In this document: positions 48,063 through 58,242 of the stretch, one piece after another
Layout: the number at the start of each line of letters is the position of its first letter
How positions within the stretch are numbered: the stretch's first letter is position 1
Source of the DNA: a virus
Direction: 5' to 3' (one strand)
Length of the DNA stretch: 64,000 nucleotides
Virus record (IMG/VR): IMGVR_UViG_3300037258_000145
Location: 23,684 to 87,683 of that record
The notes under the pieces: generated by a model
Seen by the model: only the letters and a program-made list of their open reading frames with translations
Database searches by the model: none
Told to the model about the DNA's origin: nothing
Made by a program: the position numbers and the translations under genes

Positions 48063-49029
48063 GGTAAAGGCAGCTTAGCCTATCGAGACGGGCGAAGGGT
48101 CAGGCTCGGCGATGGTCTCGGTCACGTCGTGGCCGCGGTGGTGGAGCTTGAACAACGTAACGAACATCGGGGTCATTTCGTGTTCAGCTGTCGCTGCTTC
48201 CTGGCCACAGGTGGCGCACTCCAACTTGTGATAGGTGCGGTTACGGTCGCTCACAGAGTCATCGTCTCGGGATCGGTGCCGATCCGGACTACTCGGTTCC
48301 CATCACAACTCGGACAGGGCTTGCGCGCCATCCCGTGCCAGGAACCGTCGACAGGTTCCTTCACGATGGTGGCGTGGCTTCGGTACTCGGTGCCACAACG
48401 ACAGGTCACCGTGGACTCGGCCAAGTCATCGAAACGGGACCAGTCATAATCAGGCACGACACACTCGGCTCCGTGGTCGCTTCCGACCCGTCAGGTCCCA
48501 GCACTCAGCGCAGCGGGAACCGAGTTTGGTGAGACCGACAGTCGAAACGGGCCACGGCAGGACAGCGACACCGTCGAGCCAGAAGGCCTTGACCGGCTTG
48601 GCACCGCAAGCGGCGGGCATCTCCTTTGGAACCTCGCCGAAGCCCATCTGGTCGATGATGGCCTCCATCGTCACGGCGTGGATCACCTTGTCGCCGTCGG
48701 GGACCACGGCGCACAGCGGGGCAGCCATGGCCATCTCGATCAGGAGCGGCGCGCGGGGTTCAGTCGTGGTCACGAAAAGCCTCCGACTTCCTCGCACCAT
48801 TGACAGAACCGGATGTGGACGTGAATGGGCATCGTCCACTCTTTCCATGTCATGGTCCCGAACCGGTCGGTCGCAGCTTGCTCATAGCTCTCGATCAGTC
48901 CTTTATGCTCCAGGACCTTCAAGGTGGACGTCCGGCATCCGTGACCCTTCCCACCAAACGCCACGTTACCCAAGACATCGATCTGCGCTGGCGTCAAGCG
49001 GTCGAAGTTGTAAGCCGTCTCGGTCGTGG

Positions 49030-49368
49030 TCATCGAAGCAGCCCTGCCGCCTTGGCTGGGCCGGGAAAAGAATCGCACCACGCGTGGTGGAACGAGCACA
49101 GCGCATTCCCGTTCGCAGGATCAACACGTTCGGCTTTGGAACACCGAGACCTCGGCAAGATATGGTTTGCTTCCAGCCGACCTTGACACGGGCCCGCCTC
49201 GGCCAACAGTTCGGGGATGATGCTGAGCTGGCACACCTTGTCCCGCTCCATCACGGCGTCGTGCCAGGCCCGCATCGCTGGTTGCTCATCCTTGCGGTTG
49301 TCGCTCATCGGGTTGATACGCGAGCGCTTCAGCCCCTTGGTCCCCCTTTTGAGCGCTGTGCGCTTCAT
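49030..49368 (-). CDS. HNH-like nuclease
   Basis: ERDKVCQ...CQGRLEANHILPRS...NGNALCSFHH. Confidence 0.7.
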   Translation of the reverse strand: MKRTALKRGTKGLKRSRINPMSDNRKDEQPAMRAWHDAVMERDKVCQLSIIPELLAEAGPCQGRLEANHILPRSRCSKAERVDPANGNALCSFHHAWCDSFPGPAKAAGLLR

Positions 49369-49453
49369 AGCCAGTGCCACACGCGGTCGATGACGTCACA
49401 AGAACCGTCTATCCAGTCGTTGACGACCTCGATGAGCCACTGCCAAAACCGGG

Positions 49454-49819
49454 TCACGAGTTGGCCAGAGGGAGTAGGACGTCCTGCACATGGCAGGGAC
49501 TACCGGCATCGCACCAACAGCCGAGCTTCCGGCCACGTAATTCAACCTCGACGCGCCGAGCGAACGAACGGGGCCAGTCGTGCTCGACTGAGCGACGGTA
49601 CAGGTCCACCACTTCCTGAGCCGTGCGTGGCTCCCAAGTGTGCTCGTCTAGGTCGCCCACACGGAACGGATTGCCCCAGACGGTGCGACGGTCGCAGATG
49701 ACGGTACCGGCCGGGATCACCCAACCCTTAGTGCGACGGAGACGGACGTACAGCGAGGCGAGTTCGGCACGCTTCAGCGACTTCTCAAGCGCGTCCATCA
49801 GGTCCACGACCTCAGCCAT
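49454..49819 (-). CDS. DUF4326 protein
   Basis: ICDRRTVWGNPF...ELRGRKLGCWC...PCHVQDVLL. Confidence 0.8.
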   Translation of the reverse strand: MAEVVDLMDALEKSLKRAELASLYVRLRRTKGWVIPAGTVICDRRTVWGNPFRVGDLDEHTWEPRTAQEVVDLYRRSVEHDWPRSFARRVEVELRGRKLGCWCDAGSPCHVQDVLLPLANS

Positions 49820-50399
49820 GTTCGACAAACATCCAGGGCTGCTCGGAGCCGCAGGTCCACACCATGGGCTCAGGCGCGGGTTCGTCGTCATCGGGGTTGT
49901 AGCACCACGCACTGGCCACCATGAGGACCAGGGCAACCACAGCGAGACAGCCGATAACCAGGGCTAGGGTCATTCGTCCACCAGGAACCAGACGTCTTCC
50001 ACGGGGTACGGCGCCTGGTTACCTGCGCCCTCGACGCCATCATCATCGAAGTTGATATACACCAAGCCATCCTCTACGTGGTCAACGGTGCCATGATGGT
50101 TCGGCGGTGCTGGCTGGCCAGTCGCGCTGGCCATGATGGCCCGGAGTTGCGCCAGTCCTGGATCACTCACCAGCACTCGCGTCCCAACAGCGAAACCTGT
50201 CACGATTCGTCCTCCTTGTCAAGGGCGTCTAGGGCCGCTGCCAGCGTGGCCGACGCGAGTCGTACCGAGCGAGCAGCCTCAATCACTTTTAGTGCTCGGA
50301 TAATGTCCTCGCGAAGTTGGTCCTCAAACTCGTTCAGCCCTACTTCGGGTATCAACAAGCCGTTACCAGCCAGACCAACGAGTCTGTCAATGCAGGCGC

Positions 50400-50783
50400 T
50401 CACGCAAACATCTCCGAGGGCTGCTCGTCGTCGGCTGAAAGCGCGCGGTCACCGCGCGTATTGGTCTTGGCCAGCGCTTCGCGGCTCAAGTCAAGGAAGT
50501 GCCGATGAGACAGGCGGTCCGGCACTGTCCCAAGCGCGCCCTTCAGCCCTCCGCGTCGTCGTACGGCTCCACAGCGGGCCATGACCTCTAGTACGGAGGG
50601 ATGGGTGGAGTGGATGGCCTGAAGCTCGGACAGGGCACCGCGGGCTTCTCCGTAGCTCCAGGGGGACAGGGCTGCGGCTAGGGACTCCAGCGCCTCTTCG
50701 TCGATGATCTCAGGGCTCCAGTAGGCCGCGTAGACGCTAGTCATGGCTCGCAGCTCTTGGGGGCTCATGGGTTCCGGTGTCAC
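50400..50783 (-). CDS. Helicase-loader/G39P-like protein (second copy)
   Basis: AAYW...SYGEARGAL...PSVLEV; follows the initiator module. Confidence 0.4.
   Translation of the reverse strand: MTPEPMSPQELRAMTSVYAAYWSPEIIDEEALESLAAALSPWSYGEARGALSELQAIHSTHPSVLEVMARCGAVRRRGGLKGALGTVPDRLSHRHFLDLSREALAKTNTRGDRALSADDEQPSEMFA
50435..50463. repeat. Dispersed palindrome copy 6 (flanks inverted)
   Basis: CTGAAAG-CGCGCGGTCACCGCGCG-TATTG. Confidence 0.9.
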
Positions 50784-50824
50784 TGTAACCAAGCTTAGCA
50801 TATGTCGCTTCGGCTACCGAACTT

Positions 50825-51274
50825 TTACCCACGGTCGTCGTCCTCAGAACCATCCTCGGAGTCGCGCGCGTGCGACTCGTCCGAGCCGATAGCAAGCTGG
50901 GCGCGTTCCCATCGGGCTCGCAGGATGGCAGCGTGGCCCTTGCTTGCCCACGGCATGGCGCCGATCAACCGTTCCCGAGCTTGGCCCAGAAAGGACCGAC
51001 TCGCTTCGGGAGCTGCCGGTGGACCTGGCGGGAGGCTCGGCAGCGCTTCAAGCACTCGGTAGTGAGCGGAGCGGAGCGCCTGGGCGACTTCGGCGGGCGC
51101 GGGCCGGAATTGACGTTGCTGGTTGAACAGCATGTCAAACGCCATCTCAAACTCTTGGCGCGTGTACCGGGCGAGATGGGCCGTCAGGACCAAGGTCTCA
51201 TCCTGGGTCGGTGCTGGCGTCGGCCAGTAGCCAAGAAGCTGATGAAGGCATGAATAGATGCGGTCCTCATCCAC
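50825..51274 (-). CDS. Helicase-loader/G39P-like protein
   Basis: LLGYWP...YTRQEFEMAF...FRPAPAEV; directly after the initiator. Confidence 0.45.
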   Translation of the reverse strand: MDEDRIYSCLHQLLGYWPTPAPTQDETLVLTAHLARYTRQEFEMAFDMLFNQQRQFRPAPAEVAQALRSAHYRVLEALPSLPPGPPAAPEASRSFLGQARERLIGAMPWASKGHAAILRARWERAQLAIGSDESHARDSEDGSEDDDRG

Positions 51275-51992
51275 GGTTAGACCTCAGCGCCTCCATGGCC
51301 TGGTCAATGAACAGGTTGTTTTGCTCGTCGCGTGAAACTGACCTAGAGACAGCGCTCACTGGGGCCGGGGCGTCCTCCCACTGGTGGCGATTGAGCCAGG
51401 TGGCCGGATAAGGGATCTTGTCCGTTGGCGTCTTCGCTGCTCGCCAATAGCTGATCCATCGACTCAAACCCGCCATAATGGCGGGGGCCGAACCTTGGAC
51501 TCGCTTGAAGGCTTTCAAAGCATCGGACCGCACCATCTTGTGGGGATAGGCCGCATAGAAGGCATCGAAGCTCGACATGACACGCCCTTGTGGTTCTTCC
51601 GGTTCTCTTTTGGTTATAGGTAAAGGTGCAGATCCCGTATTTGTCGCATTGGTTTGACAAACTGTCGTGTTGGTCGGACAATTTGTCGCATTGGGAGTCC
51701 CGGACAATTTGTCGCATTGGGTAGTCCCGGGCATCAGGAAGCGATAGAGCAGATTGCCGTTTGCGTGGCGCTCATGAAGGTCCTCAAGGAATCCGTCCTC
51801 AATCATCTGGGTCTTGGCTCGCTCCACGGAACGCCGTGAGCACCGAGCTGCCTTGGCCAGGGTGGCGTCTCCGCAATAAAGCATCCAGCCGTGTCCCTCA
51901 TTGGCCCAGTCCGCCATTTTTAGATGTATGACTTGGGCTCTGCCAGCATAGGGCGAGTGATTCCAGACCCAAGCCCGTTCGTCGTCGCTCAT
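51267..51992 (-). CDS. Phage replication initiator (N-terminal HTH, C-terminal FDAFYAAYP domain)
   Basis: LKMADWANE...LAKAARCSRRSVERA; FDAFYAAYPHK...PYPATWLNRHQWED; internal iterons. Confidence 0.8.
   Translation of the reverse strand: MSDDERAWVWNHSPYAGRAQVIHLKMADWANEGHGWMLYCGDATLAKAARCSRRSVERAKTQMIEDGFLEDLHERHANGNLLYRFLMPGTTQCDKLSGTPNATNCPTNTTVCQTNATNTGSAPLPITKREPEEPQGRVMSSFDAFYAAYPHKMVRSDALKAFKRVQGSAPAIMAGLSRWISYWRAAKTPTDKIPYPATWLNRHQWEDAPAPVSAVSRSVSRDEQNNLFIDQAMEALRSNRG
51639..51721. repeat. Iterons of the putative replication origin
   Basis: CGGACAATTTGTCGCATTGGG twice (51675, 51701), ATTTGTCGCATTGG (51639), degenerate GACAAACTGTCGTGTTGG (51656); AT-rich tract adjacent. Confidence 0.75.
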
Positions 51993-52462
51993 TGGTTCGG
52001 TCCCCTGTGCCTCTCTGGGAATTGCTCGCGGTGAGCCGTCATCCAGCGCCCTCCGCCTCGGCAAGAAAAGTGATGGCGTGCGTGCCCGACTTACCAGCCG
52101 TCCAGTGCTGGTGACCGTGCAGAGCCACGTACAGTTTGGCCGCCTCAGCCAGCTTCTCGGCAATGAGTGTGTCATCACCAGCCCATGCGATTTGTCGGGC
52201 ATCGGTGTGGTCGCCGCTGTGGTCCAACCAGAGGACGCACCGCACTGGCTCAAACGGACCAGCAGCCTGATACCTAGCCCGGCAACGGTGCATGGCCTGG
52301 GCCTCGGCGTTTTGCTCGGGATCGGGCGGAAGTTGCATGCGCTCTATAGGCATGACGCACCAGCGATCCCGAAAGAGCGCTTAGCATTGCCGCCAGAGGG
52401 GTACTGCTTGGGGTAAGATGCTTTCGCATCGATGAGCATGGGAGACGTGACCTCCTGTGTTA

Positions 52463-52506
52463 TGGGCGGGGTCCCCGGGTTCACGCCCGGGCCTCGTCTT
52501 TTTTTA
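52463..52506 (+). terminator. Intrinsic terminator-like hairpin with T tract
   Basis: CCCGGG-TTCACG-CCCGGG inside a longer GC stem, followed by a T run. Confidence 0.6.
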
Positions 52507-52513
52507 GGTAGGG

Positions 52514-52981
52514 CTACTCTAGCCCACCCTTGGCCGACAGGCGCTCAATCTCGCGCTCTACGTACCAACGGGCCTTTCGCAGATCCTCAAGCTGGTCGCC
52601 CTTCAGCCCAGACCAACTCCTGGGACTCAACTTCAGCCCAGCCCGCCAGAGATACTTGATGGCGTTGCCGACGTTGAATGGGAAGACCTCGACCACATCG
52701 ATGCACTCGATCCCGGCTGGATGGCTTGTGTAGTGGGGCGGGTGGTTGATCAGGTCGGGCGCGGTCGCCTCGGGAGGTGCCACTATCCACTCCCAGTTCA
52801 CGCCGTGGGCGCAGCCATTCGACGCCGGGACCTTGACAGGAGGACCGCATGGGGCGCAGCTCGCCGTACAGCGGACGAGCCCTCCATCGAGCCCAGGTAA
52901 CCAAGTGCCGAGCCACATGTGATCGCCGGCATAGACCCTGACTCCCAGGATCGGGGGGAGTTGATCTCTGCGCTTGGTCAC
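52514..52981 (-). CDS. DUF3310 domain protein
   Basis: INHPPHYT...IECIDV...GNAIKYLWRAGLK...DLRKARWY. Confidence 0.85.
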   Translation of the reverse strand: MTKRRDQLPPILGVRVYAGDHMWLGTWLPGLDGGLVRCTASCAPCGPPVKVPASNGCAHGVNWEWIVAPPEATAPDLINHPPHYTSHPAGIECIDVVEVFPFNVGNAIKYLWRAGLKLSPRSWSGLKGDQLEDLRKARWYVEREIERLSAKGGLE

Positions 52982-53658
52982 CTCTCGACCGGCCCGCGTA
53001 TCACCAGCAACGCGTCTACGTCGGTCGTATCGTTCAGGAAGCCCGTCAGCCAGCGCTCACGACCCATCATCAGGTTTCCAAAGTAGGTGGCGTGTTCAGC
53101 GCACCAGTCAGCCAGTGCTTCGGCTGTAGCAAACACTGGGCTCACTGGAGAGCCTTCGGTCGTCGTCTCCCATAGCTGCCAGCCCTCGCCTGTCGGCGGT
53201 TCAGTGCTCTCCCATGTCTCAGAAGCCTCTCGGTCGTCGGGGTGGATGGCGTGACCGTGACAGACCGGACATATGCCCCAGTCCTCGGACAAACCAGCGG
53301 CCTTGACGACAGCCCTTGTGGCCGCAAAACGGTCGCAGGCATCATGTCCGAATATCGACGGTGCTCGTCCCGCCAGACCAGCAGTCAACTCGACGGCTTG
53401 GGGCCCAGGACGTTTATCAGGACGGAGAGGCACCGCGGCCAACCAAGGGTGCAAGGCTCTAGGAGGTCGCTTGTCGTCCTCGCCAAGCATGAGGATCAGG
53501 TGGGTTAGGTCATTGAGCCAGGCCTGGGCGATCGTCTCGCCGTTCTCGCAATCGTCACTCGGACAGGGGCGGTAGTCCGGACGCTGATAGCCCTCCCATA
53601 TCTCGTTGAGGGGCGCGTCGAAGTCGAGCGGTACGCGTTTGCAGGTGCGGTTTCCCAT
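52978..53658 (-). CDS. Conserved phage hypothetical protein
   Basis: KRVPLDFD...EPPTGEGWQLWETTTEGSPVSPVF. Confidence 0.65.
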   Translation of the reverse strand: MGNRTCKRVPLDFDAPLNEIWEGYQRPDYRPCPSDDCENGETIAQAWLNDLTHLILMLGEDDKRPPRALHPWLAAVPLRPDKRPGPQAVELTAGLAGRAPSIFGHDACDRFAATRAVVKAAGLSEDWGICPVCHGHAIHPDDREASETWESTEPPTGEGWQLWETTTEGSPVSPVFATAEALADWCAEHATYFGNLMMGRERWLTGFLNDTTDVDALLVIRGPVER

Positions 53659-55097
53659 TACGCCTTCACCTGCGCCTTGCGCATCTCTACGCCCGCCTCC
53701 AGCAACATGGCAGCCGTCTGGTGCCCTCCCTCGACCTGGTTGAGCAGCAACGTGGCGAAGGGTAGCTCGTCGTCTCCGCACTCTCCTGCATGGGTGGTCC
53801 TCCCGTTGGACGCGAGCAGGACCACAGCCTCTTGGGTGGCCTTGTCCAAGCCCATGGCGCCGGCGCGACGGTGGAAGTGCTGGGCTGAGCTTACGACCCT
53901 ACCCTGGTCCGGTTCGGGCGGTACTGCTGCCACATCGGCGCGGAGCTTGGCGAGAGTGGCTTGGCGGGCCTCAACGGCTTCGGCCACGGGCACAGACGAA
54001 GACGGTTGGGCGCTCGGGGTTGCGGCGGGACCACTCTGCGACGTCGCTAAAGGGGCCTCGGACGGGACCGCCTTCGCAAGATTGAGCCCGCGGGCGAACT
54101 CAGGCTCGTCGCTGTCATCCAAGACCGTGGGCCCCGAACCAGGCAAGCTCGGCTGGGGACCAGTGTCGAAAGGGGCACCACCATCGTCTTCGCCTGTTTG
54201 CGGTGCCTCTGTGGGCGCTACAGCGGCGCCGGGCGCTCCGATGGGGGACTGGGAGGGCTGAGGCGCTGAGACCTCCTGAGGGCCACGGAGACCGACCAGC
54301 ATGCCGATACGGACCAGGGTGCGCTCGACGTCGGGCGCGGTCATGGACCGGGGGGCGGGCATGTCTTCGGACTTGCGCCAGTCTCCGAGGGCTTTGATCT
54401 CTTCGGGGGTCAGTTCGGCCAGGAAGGGACCGAGGTGGGTCATGGCATCGTAAGCCTCGACGACAGCGGCTTCGGGCTGGGCGTCCTCGAGGTCTTGCGT
54501 GAACAGGCCCGATGCTGACATGGCATTCAGGATGCACCCCACGTGGCTGCGCTTCTGGGCCATCTTCATGACCGAGTTGAGCGGGGCCCGGTAGTCCGTC
54601 TCTGGGATGTCCTCCCATTTCCGGGGGTTGACGCTGCGCTGATAGCGGACAGCGTTGGCCCGTTCCCGCTTCTCGGCCTCAGCGCGGCGCTGGGCGCCCG
54701 GCTGAAAGAACCGGTCCTCGTCGTAGCCCGCATAGCCTTCGACCTGACCGACAGGGATCCCGTTGAACTCCTCGGTGCAGACTCCGCACTTCCAATGGAT
54801 GCCCGGGTCGGGGCGCAGGGCGGTGTAGCGGTAGGTCACGCCATCAGCCTCACCTGGGCTCGGCATACGGTCCTCATGGATGGCGTAGCCGGCGATCATC
54901 TGGAGCTTCTCGGCGCCCGGCTTGTACAGGCTCGGGCGCGGAGTCCCGGGGATCACACCGTAATCCGTGCCTTCGATCAGCACGGCCCGGACCAAGTCGA
55001 CCAGACCGAGAGACCAGGTCTGTAGCTCGGCGGGGGTGTAGCGGAAGGCTAGACCTTGGGGGGCGGTCTGGAACACTTCAACGTCGGTAGTGGTCAT
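53658..55097 (-). CDS. Putative ssDNA-annealing/recombination protein
   Basis: EGTDYGVIPGTPRPSLYKPGAEKL...NSVMKMAQKRS...ASGLFTQDLED followed by a disordered tail; adjacent to a helicase. Confidence 0.55.
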   Translation of the reverse strand: MTTTDVEVFQTAPQGLAFRYTPAELQTWSLGLVDLVRAVLIEGTDYGVIPGTPRPSLYKPGAEKLQMIAGYAIHEDRMPSPGEADGVTYRYTALRPDPGIHWKCGVCTEEFNGIPVGQVEGYAGYDEDRFFQPGAQRRAEAEKRERANAVRYQRSVNPRKWEDIPETDYRAPLNSVMKMAQKRSHVGCILNAMSASGLFTQDLEDAQPEAAVVEAYDAMTHLGPFLAELTPEEIKALGDWRKSEDMPAPRSMTAPDVERTLVRIGMLVGLRGPQEVSAPQPSQSPIGAPGAAVAPTEAPQTGEDDGGAPFDTGPQPSLPGSGPTVLDDSDEPEFARGLNLAKAVPSEAPLATSQSGPAATPSAQPSSSVPVAEAVEARQATLAKLRADVAAVPPEPDQGRVVSSAQHFHRRAGAMGLDKATQEAVVLLASNGRTTHAGECGDDELPFATLLLNQVEGGHQTAAMLLEAGVEMRKAQVKA

Positions 55098-55165
55098 GCT
55101 GGCTCCCTCGTGTTCGATTGTGAAAGCTAGCTTAGCATACCACGGCCCACCGACCGTCAAGTCCG

Positions 55166-56899
55166 TCAGTAGGCCTCGTCCAGCGCCTTCAGTTTCATCT
55201 CTGTGGCGATCAGGTTCGCAGCGTCGCGGACCATGACGGGACGGTGCGAGGGATTGACGAAATGGGGGACGTTGGTCAGGTCCAGTTCGAACTGCGCCCG
55301 GGTACTGGCAACGTAGGCGAGACGAAGCTCGGCGGGGACCAGATCGTCCTCGTTCTCCCGTGGGGGCATGAAGTCGGAGTGAACCTGTACCCGCGGCCAC
55401 TGACGGCCCTTGGACTTGTGCGTAGTACTGACCACGACGTCGGCTTGGTCCTCGGCGGGCTGGCGCTCAAGGGCGTCGAGGATAACCCCGGCCCCGAAGT
55501 CGTCGATCAGCTTGACCATGAGACGGAGATCGTCACCTTGCTCGTCGTTGCCGACGTAGAACTGGACCTCGGCCCAGTTGGCGAAACAAGCCAGCTCGGG
55601 GTATTGGGTGCGGCGTCCGGTTTGTAGCTCGATGGCGGCTTTGCAGAAAGCGACCACCTCGGTCCCACCTCCCACCAAGTGCGGCCGGCGGCGCATGCGC
55701 AGGGCGTCGAGTACCACGGTCACGGCGCCAGCGTTGGTACGGCACAGGATGGCCGAGGGCTCGGCTATCGGCCCGACCGTGGACGACACCGGACCGTAGC
55801 CCCGGAGACGGAGCGGAGCGTTCAGCCGGCCGAGGAGATTGTTGGCGATGGCAGCGATCGAGTCCCCGAACCGGAAGGACTGGGTGAGCTGGGCGACGTT
55901 GGCCCCCATCTCCTCGAAGTCGGCCAGGGCGTTGACCGCGCCGCGCCATTCGTAAAGCACCTGGTAGGTGTCTCCCACGACGACGATCTGGGTATCATGG
56001 ACCTTCTGGAACTCCACGATGGCCACCTGTACGGGATCGGCGTCCTGGCCTTCGTCGAGCAATATGAAGTCAGCCTCTATGGTCGGACCGGATAGCTGCC
56101 AGAGCTTGAGGTAGATGTCGTGGCTGAACCGCAAGCGACCGGTGACCGTGATCAAGTCCTCCCACGCTTTGCGAGCGAAGGGGAACAGGTAAGCAGCTAG
56201 GGCGTCGTTGTTGACGTAGGTCTTGTTACCGGCGGCGTCTGGCATGTCCAGCCCATCGACAGGGGCGAAGTGGCGGACGGTGACCTCCCGTTCGGCGGTG
56301 GCACAAAAGGCGCGTACGGCGCCCATGACCTTGCCGGCGAGGAACCCCGCGGCCAAGGTACGACCTTCACGCTTACCGCCAGTGTTGGGCAGCTCTACCG
56401 AGAAGGACCACGGGTCGATCCCGAGAATGGAAGCGGTCTCGTCGGCCTTGATGCGGGGGCCGTTCAGGCGGGAGCGGTACTGATGACCGAGAGCCCGGTA
56501 CGCGAGGCTGTGCATCGTCGAGGCATTGACATTGCCCGGGACCTTGGTTGCTACGTCATCGACGATCGACTTGTTGTAGGCGACGTACTGGCCGTGCTTG
56601 CCGTGTTCCTTGGCGTACTGAGCGATCAGGAGCAGCGTGGCCGTCTTGCCCGTCCCGGCCCCGGCTTGGATCACGAGGTCCTCTCCGGTAGCGAAGAGAC
56701 GAACGCACTCAGCCTGCTCGGGGGTCGGGATGATGTCGATTGTGGCTCGGGCAGGCTGGACAGCGGTCGGGCCCGTGGTGGAGCACTCACCATCGTGAGC
56801 GACCTTCCACTTGCCGTCGATCTTGAGAGCGATACCGGCCGCGACGGGGACGCGTACGCCACAGCGGTGACAGTTACCGGGGTACTTGTTGGTGGTCAT
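55166..56899 (-). CDS. UvrD/Rep-like SF1 helicase, leaderless
   Basis: AGAGTGKT, LLDEGQD, VVGDTYQ, LTQSFRF, STTHKSKGRQW, YVASTRA. Confidence 0.9.
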   Translation of the reverse strand: MTTNKYPGNCHRCGVRVPVAAGIALKIDGKWKVAHDGECSTTGPTAVQPARATIDIIPTPEQAECVRLFATGEDLVIQAGAGTGKTATLLLIAQYAKEHGKHGQYVAYNKSIVDDVATKVPGNVNASTMHSLAYRALGHQYRSRLNGPRIKADETASILGIDPWSFSVELPNTGGKREGRTLAAGFLAGKVMGAVRAFCATAEREVTVRHFAPVDGLDMPDAAGNKTYVNNDALAAYLFPFARKAWEDLITVTGRLRFSHDIYLKLWQLSGPTIEADFILLDEGQDADPVQVAIVEFQKVHDTQIVVVGDTYQVLYEWRGAVNALADFEEMGANVAQLTQSFRFGDSIAAIANNLLGRLNAPLRLRGYGPVSSTVGPIAEPSAILCRTNAGAVTVVLDALRMRRRPHLVGGGTEVVAFCKAAIELQTGRRTQYPELACFANWAEVQFYVGNDEQGDDLRLMVKLIDDFGAGVILDALERQPAEDQADVVVSTTHKSKGRQWPRVQVHSDFMPPRENEDDLVPAELRLAYVASTRAQFELDLTNVPHFVNPSHRPVMVRDAANLIATEMKLKALDEAY

Positions 56900-56935
56900 G
56901 AAACCTAGCTTAGCAGACCGACCTGAAGGGGTCAA
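56897..56935 (-). promoter_or_regulatory. SigA-type leaderless promoter
   Basis: TTGACC-17 nt-TAAGCT-7 nt-ATG. Confidence 0.75.
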
Positions 56936-56960
56936 TACGCGCGGTCACCACGCGCTTTCA
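56933..56960. repeat. Dispersed palindrome copy 7 (1 mismatch)
   Basis: CAATA-CGCGCGGTCACCACGCG-CTTTCA abutting the -35 of the helicase promoter. Confidence 0.85.
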
Positions 56961-57558
56961 CGGTCGGCTCAGGTACTCCATCAGTCGGTCCTGCGCCTCA
57001 GGCGACATGGCTACATTCGGGCATCCCAGAGTATGGCGACTGGCCTTGGGGTCGGTCTGCTCTAAACCGCACTTCATGCAGCGGGGCGCTCTCGGTAGCG
57101 GCGGTCCAAGAGACGACTTGTCGATCTCGGTGGCGAAGTGCTCGCCCCAGCGCTGGATCGGCGCGCGCCACTGAGTCTCAGGCCCGTGTGGTCCTAGAGA
57201 TGACCACCCGCATGAGCAGTAAGCGACCGACTTTTCGATGCCGTCTCGGATGTCCAGGGTCAGACCGTCGAAGAGGTGCCGGGTCACAACGGCTCGGCCC
57301 GCAAGCGTGCCGTCATCGACAGCCCCGCAGCCTCCGCAGGGACCCGTCGTGAAGTCGTGAAAACACCCGAGACAGCGACCAACGGGGACGGTCATCAGTC
57401 GACCTGCTCAAGCCAAGCAGGTTCGCCGCGACGCTCGGCCAAGACGTCGCCGTGGCATTCGGTCATGTGCTCATGCTGGGCCAGCTCGTCTGAGCCTTCC
57501 GGGCCTCCGCAGAACAGGCACTCATCGTCGGGGGGAGCTTCGTAGGTGGTCATGAAAG

Positions 57559-57984
57559 CTAGCTTAGCAGATGTCGGCTGGGGGTCAAGCGCTGCTGAAC
57601 AGCCTTCAGTGCCATACACGTCGGTTCGTCGCCCGCGGCTAGCAGCTTCTCGACCTGACGCACAGCTGAGATAGCTGTGGTGTGGTCCCGTTGGAACGCG
57701 TTGCCCACTCGGGACCAGGTGTAGCCGGGAAGGTGACGGACGAGGTACATGGCCAGACGCCGGGCGGGTAGAAGGTAGGCCAGGGTGCGAGGACCGATCA
57801 CCTCGGCCACACTGATGCCGAAGTACTCCGCCACCGCGGCGGCGATGGCCTCGACCGGACCGTGGGAGGCTACCCGGGCGTCGGTCTCGGTGAGGGCCCG
57901 CTCAAGGTCGGACAGGGCTTCGTCGAGCCGGACCTGACAGGCCCGGACGTTAGCGGTCGCCCGCCATACCGCCTCAGATGGCAT
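57559..57984 (-). CDS. DnaA C-terminal-like HTH protein
   Basis: VAEYFGIS...PARRLAMYL...VGNAFQRDHTTAISAVRQV. Confidence 0.8.
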   Translation of the reverse strand: MPSEAVWRATANVRACQVRLDEALSDLERALTETDARVASHGPVEAIAAAVAEYFGISVAEVIGPRTLAYLLPARRLAMYLVRHLPGYTWSRVGNAFQRDHTTAISAVRQVEKLLAAGDEPTCMALKAVQQRLTPSRHLLS

Positions 57985-58237
57985 GGGACCGAAGACGCGC
58001 GGCGTCACGCGGATTGTCCCGCTCTCGGGTGTTCAGGCCGCCCCAGATGCCCATGGGCTCGGCTCGGTCTAAGGCGTCCGCTAGGCACTGTCGACGTACT
58101 GGACAACTGGCACAGACGGCTTTGGCCTTGGCGCCGCGGTCACCGGGCGGAGGAAAGAACAGGTTCGGGTCGATGTCGCGGCAGGAAGCTCGGTCGCGCC
58201 ATGTGCCCGTAGCGACGAGGCGTAGCGAGGTGGTCAT
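57974..58237 (-). CDS. whiB: WhiB-family transcriptional regulator, leaderless
   Basis: WRDRASC...FFP...AKAVCASCPVRRQCL...GIWGGL. Confidence 0.92.
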   Translation of the reverse strand: MTTSLRLVATGTWRDRASCRDIDPNLFFPPPGDRGAKAKAVCASCPVRRQCLADALDRAEPMGIWGGLNTRERDNPRDAARLRSHAI

Positions 58238-58242
58238 GAAAG

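Noticed and set aside
48235-49701. 488-aa plus-strand ORF
   Set aside because: It is the antisense shadow of several recognisable minus-strand genes (HNH, DUF4326); R/S/P-rich with no motifs.
58130-58150. Partial palindrome GCGGTCACCG inside whiB
   Set aside because: Lacks the conserved arms and flanks.
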